Part shown: positions 45,901-64,000 of the stretch, one piece after another | Layout: the number at the start of each line of letters is the position of its first letter | Numbering within the stretch: the stretch's first letter is position 1 | Origin: Chrysomallon squamiferum | Taxonomy: Eukaryota > Animalia > Mollusca | Assembly (NCBI GenBank): GCA_012295275.1 | Contig: CM022667.1 | Location: 3,038,001 to 3,102,000, forward strand | Length of the DNA stretch: 64,000 nt | Direction: 5' to 3' | Notes under the pieces: generated by a model | What the model was told of the DNA's origin: nothing | Seen by the model: the letters and a program-made list of their open reading frames with translations, nothing else | Database searches by the model: none | Position numbers and translations under genes: made by a program

Positions 45901-47665
45901 ATAGTGTTTGATTTATTAAATTTGTGAGCCATTAAATTTGCACATTTAATGTTAATATTGTTTCAGGTTGTACCTTGTGGAAACAGATTCATATTAAAAT
46001 TATATTGTTTTAAATTTTCACATCTTATTTAACTGTTAAAGAAAAAAAGAAAAAAAGAAAAAAAAAGAAAAACTAATATTATTTGTAAAATTATCACCTG
46101 TTTCTTGACTTGTTACAAAACCTGTGAGACTATAATTTTTGTTTTTAACTTTTAAAACGATCTCCTGTTACAAAAAATACGTGATTACAATTTCTAATTA
46201 TTGTTTGTACTTACAGGTCGAGGAGAAGAGAAAACAGGTAAAAGAGGCTAAGAAGGATATAAAGGATGCCAAGTCAGATTACAAAAATCACAGCACTGAA
46301 CGAAATCCGAGCGTAAGTTTAAAAAAAATATATAGTCAGTTCTTTACAAATCTCTTCATTTTCAGCATCACCTATACAAACTTTACAATCAGAAAATCTA
46401 AAAAAAAACCCACAAAATACAATTTTTTTTAACTTCAGTATTGTTACAAAGTTTTATTTTAAGTTATATGTGAAATAAATTAGTGGATTCAGTTTTGATC
46501 TCATTTTCATGTTACTTGGATATCCAAATCAGAGCCTCTTCTAGGCCAAATTAAATGGAATATTTTTTGTTAATAAATGGTCATTGACTGTGTAGATTTT
46601 GTTTAAACTATTTGGTCAGAAATAGTAATTTTTTTAAATTTTTTTTATTTTTTTTTTTTTTTTTTTTATTTTTATTTTTTTATGTTATTTTTTTTGTTTG
46701 TTTCTATTTATAGGCTGGTAGAGAAAAAGAAGAAAGCTTTGAAGAGGTTGGAAGAACAACTTACAAAACTTGAAGTCCAGGCCACAGACAAGGTAAATAA
46801 TAATTTTTTTCTTTTTTTGTTGGTTGATTGATTGTTTTTTTCACAAATATATAATTTACTTTAGATCTTTATTTAAATAAGTATCATACTGATAATGGTG
46901 AATACAACCATGTTTGTATACATTTCTTTGTAACAGAAAAAAAACAACTAAAAAAGCTCAAAACAACAAACTAAAATATATCTAATATAAAAATCCTTTT
47001 AATCCAATTTTTAACTATGATTATCCACACTCCTGCATATTTTACATTTGTTATCAGTTGTGTATTTTGGCAGTATGTTTGTCGAAAGAACTTTAAATTA
47101 AAATAAGATAAGATTAATGTATTTCAACTTTTTTCTAAATTTTCAGGAGGAAAATAAGGAGATTGCACTTGGAACCTCCAAACTGAACTATCTCGATCCC
47201 AGAATCTCTGTAGCATGGTGAGTGGTTAAAATACAGACACAAGTTAATACTACCACTGTTACTATTGTTACTGCTGCTGGTACTACTAAGATTACTACAA
47301 ATAACCTGCTGATGATGACGATGCTACTAATATTACTATTACTATTAATGCTGTAGCTGTTACTATTACAACAACATTACTTCTACTGCTGATGCTAATA
47401 CTGCAACTACTACTGCAACTACTGCTACTAACAAAAATAGGATAATGCAGGAACTGTCATAAAAGCAGCACACCGTTTTAAGGACTTTATTTCAGCTTTA
47501 TTTACCTAAAAATCTTTCACTGATATTTTTAATGTTATTATTATAATTTTTTTATTCTCCAGGTGCAAGAAGTGGGATATTCCTATTGAAAAAGTCTACA
47601 ACAAAACTCAGAGGGATAAATTCCGGTGGGCTATCGACATGGCAACAGATGACTTCAAATTTTGA
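37035..47665 (+). CDS. TOP1: DNA topoisomerase I (type IB); three apparent 1-nt indels in this assembly
   Basis: Exons 37035-37047, 37935-39226 (indels at ~38586 and ~39088), 39653-39732, 40029-40224, 40549-40652, 40896-41011, 41555-41676, 42237-42359, 42543-42730, 43028-43091, 43477-43557, 43816-43959, 44388-44642, 45094-45208, 45558-45685, 46217-46312 (phase mismatch with the next exon), 46714-46792, 47147-47217, 47563-47665. Motifs WKWWEE...[50 protein letters not shown] and catalytic SKLNYLDPR. Confidence 0.96.
40066..40221 (+). repeat. 45-bp coding tandem repeat ([15 protein letters not shown] x3 plus partial) in the TOP1 N-terminal region
   Basis: gatgaagaagaggatttcaaaccaacaaagaaaagaaaacttgaa at 40066, 40111 and 40156, nearly identical. 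Confidence 0.9.
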
Positions 47666-49734
47666 CACCTCTGATTCTTTTAGGTGAAGATTTTTCTTAA
47701 CATGGCCATAACAGCAGACGTGTAACATGTTGGAATAGTGCTGGAATTTTTAGTTTTAAAAAAAACCAACTAAACAAACGCAAAAACTGATTCGGGGAAA
47801 GGAAAGAAAAGAAACAAAAATGAATTTTAAAACTAAACATGAATTGTGATTGATTTTGATGTAAGAAGAGAAATAAACATATTGTTGTGAAATTGTTGTA
47901 AGACTGAATGCCAGTTTGATGCCAGTCATGTTATCTGCATTCATGATATCACCAAAATGAAGATTTTATTTTACTTAGACAAATCAAATGCACCATTTAC
48001 CAGATATCTTTCAACACTGTATCGGAGTGACATCACTCTGTTACGTAATAAGTGATTGTTTGTTTTTCTTTCTTTTTTGTTTTTCTTCCTTTATTATTTT
48101 TCTTTAGTAATTATGGTTAGTGTAGTTTGTGGGTGATTTGTCATTTTTGTATTACTCGTTTTGTTATAGTTGACGTTTATTGAATTTGTATTTTTTAAAT
48201 GTCAAGAATGTTTATCAAGAATGTTTATCAACTCAAGATGAATGCAAGATCTCAGACCACTTGATGACAACAAAATAATAAACTGTAACCACAGCAACAG
48301 CAAAAAAATAAAATTATTTTCGATACCACTGAGATTAATAAATATGTTTAACAATCAGTCAGTTTATAATTTACATCAGTAGAGTTAACTTGAGAAATGG
48401 AACAAAATAGGTGTTTGAAAGAAACTGGAATGTTCACTGTGCTTAATGAAACTCTAAAGTCGATGTAACAGAGACTTAGAATTATTAAGGTTTTATTTTA
48501 ATTTGGTGAAGGGAAAAATTATGACTGACAACTAAATGATTTTTGAAAGATTTCTATTTTAATGCAAGGAATTTCGCCAAAATGTAAGTGCTGTTTTTGT
48601 GTTAGAGGTCGTGTTTCTGATTGGTTGGGTCAGAGGTCAGACTTTGCATACATTATATACTCACTTCTATGTGTTGATCATAGATTCTTTGGATATTAAT
48701 TTTTTTTTAAAGTAATAAGACTAACCATTTTTCTCACGTGTTTTCTAGATAAATTTACTGGAATAGATATTGCAGTTTAACAGTAAGAGATAGGGGAAAG
48801 AAAAGGAAAAAATAACCATTGGTGGCTTTAAATTTTCAGTTAATTGATTGTATATTTATTTTCTGTGCAGAAAGTAGTGGATGCACTTAAGAAAGTGAAG
48901 TATTTCAGAACATGGGTATTGATTTTCAGATGTATTCTTTCATTGTTTAATGTTGAATTTTTGTTTCATGTATATTCTTTTCTTTTTTAAATGCATGTTT
49001 TTTCTTCTATCATTTCATTCCAAATGTTTGGAGATTGTTGAATATTTTGTCATTTTAATGTGTACATAATGTTTTTAATGCGTTGTACATTCATTCATTT
49101 TACTCGTGTATGTTTTCATCATCACCATAATCATCATTAATATTACTATTAATATTATTATTATTATTATCATTATTATCATAATTATTATAGTTTGAAT
49201 TAATTTTATTTGGAGATGTTTTCTGTTTATATTATTTTACCTTGTACTTTTTTTTTTTTTTTTTTTTTTTTTGATTCTTTATATTGTTAACATTTTATAA
49301 CATGCATATGGCAGCAGGTGATCTTTTGCCATGTTGAACAGAGCACAGTTCAGTATTTGCTTGGACCTAGTCTTCACCTTGTTCTTGTAATTCAACACAT
49401 GTTGGCAATATGGACAACGGGTATTAGGAACTACCTAGCTCGACTTAGTTTTCTACTTTTTTTTTTCTTTTTTTTTTTTTAATATCAAAATTTAAAATAA
49501 CAAAAAATTCAAAATAAATAAATAAAAAAACTAAAAATAAGCAAATAATCCCAATTAAAATAAAAATGAAAATAATAAAAAGCATAAATAAATTAAGTGT
49601 AAATTTATATTTAAAAAATTTAAATTAGGAAAAAATCAGCTGATCTATTGGATTTTAAATTTTAAAATAAGCTAATTTCTGCATTGGTACAAATTTGACT
49701 GAAATTGATGATGAATTAAAAATTGTAGGAAATT

Positions 49735-49770
<36 letters not shown>

Positions 49771-52700
49771 AAGATTATACGCTAAATGCACATTTAGCAC
49801 ATTTGATATTAAAATTAATAATAATAAAAATATATATATTCATTTACAGATACTTTTTTTTAGCAAAAGATTATGATATAACATAAAATGTGAATATCAT
49901 AAGGAAAATATACTTGTATTTAATATTCACCAAGATAAATGTATTCATTTGTTCTTATTAAGTTCTAAGAATAACTGAATTTATTCTGTTTACCTATGTC
50001 CAATTCTAGTGAAAAAGAGAATAACCAAATACAATGAGATGGTTTTTTTTTAAAATAGTGTTTTATAACAGCTTGGGTTTTTATGTTGTCTGTACGTCTC
50101 AGTAACTGATTATGCAGTTAAAATTGTGTGATAAAAAAGTGAATTCTAAGCTAGGTCAAGAATTAAATATATATATATACATTTTTTTCATTTTAATCTA
50201 TTGTTTTCTTTCTTGTTTAAGGAAAAATTATTCTTAATGGTATCTTTAAATTCGATAGATGCGTTTCATATTTTAAATTAATATTTATAAGAAATCTTGA
50301 AATATGAAATGTTTTCTGACATTAATTTAATTATTAATATTTAGCTTTTTCATTATTATTTTTATTATTTTTGTTTTATTTGAAATTAATTACTCACATT
50401 TTTTTTTCTTTTGTGTTATTAAACATGGCAGGCCAAAGACAGGTAGAATTTATTTATCAGTTATGTAGATTTTTATTTGTTTAATTATTTATTTATTTAT
50501 TTATTTTTTGTTTGTTTGGTTTTTTAAATATTGTAATCATGTTCAGAAAGTTTTGAATGTTGTTTAGCATGAAAAAACTAAAATAAATTGGAAATTTAAT
50601 GTTAAATTATTATTTTTTAGACTATATCTAGGCATTAAACAACGAGTAAAAAATAAATATATAATTAAGGATTTTGTAATTGTTATATACAGTTTTTATT
50701 TATTTATTTCATATATATATTTTTTTCTGTTGTTTAATTTAAAAATTACTGCTTTTAAAATAGCTAAATTGATTATCTTTTGGACATGTTTGAAAATGCA
50801 TCTTCCAAAAGAATAAAATGTGGTGGATAATTTTACATATTGAAAATTGAGCATTTTTTTTTTTTTTCCCCCTAATTATTTTTAAAATAATGAATATATA
50901 ATTTATTTTTACGTTTGAAAGTTGAACAGAATTATTTTTTTTTTAATGAAATTGTACATTTTGTTTTTAAAACTATTTCCAAAGATGTGAAAATAGTTTA
51001 ATTTTTTTAACGATATATTTTATTAATGCAATACATATCCTGTTTTTGTTGTTTTCCTCTGACAGTAAAAGAGTGATGATAATCCAGGATAAATACCAGA
51101 TGTGATCAGTTGATACTATATTTTGCCACCTTATTGGCTTTGTATCAACATCTTTTCTTCACATTTTGCGAAAAAACATTTTATTGTATATTTTTAAACA
51201 TTGGGTATTATTTTAGGTCGAACCTTATTTGAAAAAAGAACAATATTGGTGATGTAATAGTATGTAAAACTGAATATATCTGTATCAGTTGTGTTTAAAC
51301 TCGTTAACTAAAGTAATAGAATTATTCATTCAGATTTTTTTTTTTTTTTTTTTAAAATATGATTTTTCACTCCATTGCTAACAAATATCATCAGTTTTTC
51401 AGATTTCCAGTCTGTGTATTTTTAGGGTCAGTAACAAAGCTATTTTTCTAAAATTTAAAATTATGTTTCTCATTCTGTGAAGGAGCGTGGATTAACTGGA
51501 TTAACAGTTGTGTGCAATAGATTCGTGCTTCAACTTGATCCACATACGTATTTTTTAATCGGATGGTTGGTCGTCATGCCTTTTTAAAAAACTCTGACAT
51601 GGACTGTGAGACCTGTGTTGGTCACTGCTTTCAAGTATTCACTTAACAGATACTCCCAAGAATAACCATTATTGAGCTCTCCACATGAAAAATGCATGGA
51701 AGATATTTTTTTTCATGATACATGCAAAATTGGTTTCATATTAAAGTGTATTATTATTTTTTTAAATCTTTTTCTGATATTAGTACTTGAATCAGTTAAC
51801 ATAATGGGTTAAAAGGTTTTCTTTTTATGGAACTTTTTTTTTTTTTTTTTTTTTTTCCATCCCACATTACCTTTTATGGTTCCTGAACTGACAGATGTCA
51901 GGTTGTGGGTTTCATTTAAATCCCAGTGGGTGTGTCACTACATGTCCTCATCCCACCTCATCTATTACTCTCAGATATTATGCTAATTAAAGAATCATAA
52001 TCAGTGTTGGCTTTACATCTGAGTAAACCTTTTGAAAAATTATTATTATCATTATTATTTTTGTGCATTTAATTGGCTTAATGAAATGATAACCTATTAT
52101 TTTCTTTTTGAAATTGTTAGGCCATGACAGCCTGTGATTTCTATCAAATTTGAGTGATGTTCATCTTTTTAATCGATGAAAATTGTTTATATATATATAC
52201 ATACATATTTATGTACATATATATATTTATGTGTATATAATTTGGAATAATCCCAGAAGATCATAACACCATAAAGCAAATCAAATTATACCCCCTGTTC
52301 TTCAGTATTAACTTAAATATATAACATGCCAACCTTTAAATTATTAATAACAATGAGAGCATTTTTTTTTTTTTTTTTTTTTTTTTGTAAACCATTATAA
52401 ATTTGTTTCAAAATATCATGAACTGTATGGAAGATAATTATAAAAATGTACTCAGTATGTTTTGTTTTCTTCTGTTGTATACATTTTTTTTTTTTTTTTT
52501 TTTTTTAAAAATGTCACCAGATATTATTAATCCATTCCACAATGTATTATCGTCATCTCTGTGAACTTCTGGCTGTAAAAGCTGTTGATATATGTATTAG
52601 GTACTCCTGTATTCTCGACCCTGGCTGTACAGAGTATTGTTAACATTATACTGAAAGTCTGAGAATGCTGGAGCCTTTGGAATGGGTGCCTTGTCTCAAT

Positions 52701-53704
52701 TAAATTATTGAATATTTGACTCTTGTTGTTGTTTATTTAAAGCAGTAGTGGTTATTAGTTTTAAAACCAGAATTTTTTGATATGTCTCAATACCAATTAA
52801 GGCAATTTTTAAAAATAATTTTATATATATATATATATATATATTAATAAGGTTTTGCACTGTGCTAATTTGGATATACATTCAGGCATTTTGAAGATTT
52901 GAATTAATAACTTGGTGGGGGAAAAGTACATCAGTTTTAAATGTATTTTAAAAATTGGAAAATAAAACGTTTTGACAAAAGCAAGCAACATGCTGTTAGT
53001 AATATTCAAATAATGTGTTTCATTATCAATACATCTTAGTGCCCCCTATGTAAATATTTAACTGTCATTATAGTTTCTGGTATAGCACTGCAAAATATAA
53101 ATAAATGTGGGTGTGTGTTGTCCTGTGTTTTGGAATGTATTTGTAAAATAACCACTAGTCATGGCAACGGTTTTGTACATCTTCAAAACAAATTTGTAAA
53201 TTTTATATAAACATTAATGATTTTCTATAAACAATGAACATCTTGTTGTGTTGTAATTTTTAATTCTAATTTAAATCTCAGATGAGAAAATGAAAATTTA
53301 AACATGAGATGAATTAATGTATAACAAACATGATGAATTAATATACATATAACAATCACGTACATAAATAAATTACATAATGATTTTTAATAAATGATTA
53401 CATGATGAAAAATACATGTAACAATAACATCTGTACATAAATAATATACAGATTTTTAAATAAACAATTGCACCATAGAAGAAAACTTCTTGTAGACGGT
53501 ATTTCCAAAATCTATTTCTGCTCTCACATAAGGTTTTCCCCATGTTGATTTTTTTGGACTGGGTAAAACATTGCATCCGCAAATATTTACATACACTTTC
53601 AGCTTATCTTTATGTGCAATTCAAACCTATCTGAACATACTCTTCTTGTCTGTCTTAATATACACTTCAATTGTGTCTTCTTGCACATTTTTAAACATTT
53701 GTGG

Positions 53705-55882
53705 TCAATCCTGCTGCATCATAGACATCACCATATTTTCAAAATTTCTGTAAAAGAAAAAAAATGGTTATTTTATTAATAAAATATTATAATAAAATAA
53801 ATAAAAAATAAAAACAGTCACTATCCTAAAATTTAAAAATTCCTCCCATGTTACAAACATTTTATATCCAAATATAAAAGGCAGATATATATGACAATCT
53901 TTATGACAAAACTAAATAAATGACTTTTGTCTGCAAGGTGACAAATGCATTTGAATATACATCAGAGACGACCAAAGAAAAATAAAGAAAACAAGTTGTT
54001 CAGATTTTTTTTTTTTTTAACTTACTTGGAGACAATGTTTTCACCAGGTGTGTAGAATGGATTACAAAACATATCTACATAAGCATTATGGAGTTTTCTG
54101 AACATCTAAAATAGAACCAAGAAATATATGTTTAAATGTTCATTTTAAATTGAATTTAAAATAGAAGCATGATACTATTATAAGAATAATACATGGGTTA
54201 TGCATATATTTACATTCTCAGTAACCGATTACAATTATTCATTTGGGTTTGTATCTGCAAAATAAAATCTGATAAATTTGAAACTGTAATATTGTTTTGT
54301 GTATTTTTTATTTATATTGAAAAAGGTTCATTTAACTGAGAGCTATCCATACCTTCATAACTCAACCCACTGTAAATTTTGAACTTGTTTATATTTCACT
54401 TGCTGCAGATTACAGGAACAAATACTGTGATTATAGTCAGTTATATGATCAGATTTTTTTTAAAAATAATTTTGAGGTACTATTTTATACTCACTGCTCT
54501 GATATCATTATCTCGAAGAGTTGTGTTTGACGTTTCAACAATGATAACAAACTTTACTTTAGTGTTTGTGACATAACCATATCTGGTCAGTGTTAAGAAA
54601 AAACTTCAGGTAACAATATTGTAAATATTAAATAGTATAAAATCTCAAAACAGTATTTTTTTTATCCATTAAGTAAAGGGCCTGTTAAATTTTGTTTTAG
54701 CCATATTAATAAAACACTATAGAAAGAGATTAAAATACATTTTACCTATATTTACATTACCCACATTCCATAACTGAAGATAGTAAATAAAATAAAATAA
54801 TAATAATATATAATAAAATATAAATAAATAAATAAATAAATAAATAAATGACACTTATTTTTCCTACAGAAAGAATCAAAACAGATTAACAATCAGTGAG
54901 TGAGACTGAGTGAAACAGAGAAAGCTGGAACTGGTGAAAGTCTTCAATTTGAAATGTATATGTATCTATCACTCAGCTTATTGTTGTTGTTTTAAAAAGG
55001 ATACACTTTATAATCCTCAGTTGGGTACAGCAGACCAAGGTAAAGTTCACGAACATCATTCGTGTTTTTTCTTACAGAGCTAATCTTTTCTTCCACCACG
55101 TCAAGCGATGTGTGTACAGTGTAGTAGAAATGTAACTCGTTGTCTGTAGGTATTGTCTTAATAAACTGGGGATAATTCTAAAACAGGGAAAGTAATTAGA
55201 TATGTATGTATGTATGTATATATATATATATTTTTTTTTTTTCATTCATTCATACTTACGTTGACACGCACACACACACACACTCGTACACACACAAGCG
55301 CTTCATAGAATATTAAATGATTAGCTATATCTTACTGATAAAATATAAGTATTGATGTATCAGTCACTCATATATGTGTACAAACATATTTGTGTATCAT
55401 AACGTAATAAATGACTAGTTCTACATTATTGTCAAAATAAATTATTGTACACATTTTGTGTAACATTGTGACTTTGCTTGTGTATGTGTATATATAATAA
55501 TTAATATATGAGTAAGACAATAGGTTGAATCAATGACTACCCATTACGATGAAGACATAAGTATTTAATAATCCTTAGTTTACATTTTTACTATAAAATG
55601 TGATAATAAATAAAAACTTTAAACACATTTATTATTAATGATAATAACGAATAAAATAACGAGCGAGATGCAGAGACTGAGAGTGAGAGAGAAAAGAAAT
55701 TATATTTTTGAAAAAAATTGTATTAATATTTATATTATAATTATGAGCCTCGAAATTATCAATGCGACTATCTCAGTATTTGTAATTTTTTTTCTCTTTC
55801 CTAAATGAAACAATAAACTAATTATTTCGAAATTATGAAGAATACTCACCTCTTTCGCGATGACAGCAACACACACCGCCAT
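53705..55882 (-). CDS. TRAPPC2L: Trafficking protein particle complex subunit 2-like; 5 exons
   Basis: Exons 55882-55850, 55177-55005, 54582-54495, 54105-54026 and 53747-53705. [43 protein letters not shown]...[27 protein letters not shown]...[21 protein letters not shown] matches TRAPPC2L. Confidence 0.96.
54583..55004 (-). other. U12-type (minor spliceosome) GT-AG intron
   Basis: 5' site GTATCCTTTT; branch sequence TTTCTTAAC followed by only 9 nt (ACTGACCAG) to the acceptor; no polypyrimidine tract. Confidence 0.9.
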
Positions 55883-55989
55883 GTTTCGGAAGTGAGATAT
55901 GAACCAATCAAAACATAAAATACAATTCGACCATGTGATACGGTATTCTTCTCCCGCCATCTCTAGTATGTTTTTCTAACTCGACCAAA
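55883..55989. promoter_or_regulatory. 107-bp bidirectional promoter of TRAPPC2L and SPT16
   Basis: Between the divergent ATGs lie CGGAAGTG (ETS/GABP-type), AACCAATCA (NF-Y CCAAT) and CCGCCATCT (YY1-type); both start codons also sit in YY1-like AANATGGCG motifs. Confidence 0.75.

Positions 55990-64000
<8,011 letters not shown>

Noticed and set aside
37035-47665. TOP1 as a pseudogene
   Set aside because: All core exons, splice sites and catalytic residues are intact; isolated 1-nt indels are better explained as consensus errors.
47666-53704. Hidden gene in the 6-kb gap between TOP1 and TRAPPC2L (ORFs 52821, 53373, 53571)
   Set aside because: Short AT-rich ORFs with no recognisable protein or exon chain; probably long convergent 3'UTRs and intergenic DNA.

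Overview
AT-rich, intron-rich animal genomic DNA, probably molluscan (inferred from Nin-SINE-like remnants and the 28S complementarity of the snoRNAs). It holds eight spliced protein genes, each reconstructed exon by exon: FAM210B-like (-), an unknown paralogue of its N-terminal half (-), PABPN1 (-), FAM210A (-), RNMT (+), TOP1 (+), TRAPPC2L (-) and SPT16/SUPT16H (+, runs off the window). Main finding: an unrecognised, internally duplicated Cys-rich domain (QG[IV]QGDDC-x9-C-x7-C). It is fused between a putative mitochondrial presequence and the DUF1279 domain of FAM210B, and it is also encoded as a stand-alone protein by the adjacent tandem paralogue. Other notable features: five copies of a SNORD104/snR58-like C/D snoRNA in PABPN1 (four within one intron); a 41-bp minisatellite in SPT16 built from an exon end plus its splice donor; a U12 intron in TRAPPC2L; the FAM210A-RNMT head-to-head pair also seen in human; and three 1-nt indels in TOP1 that are probably assembly errors.
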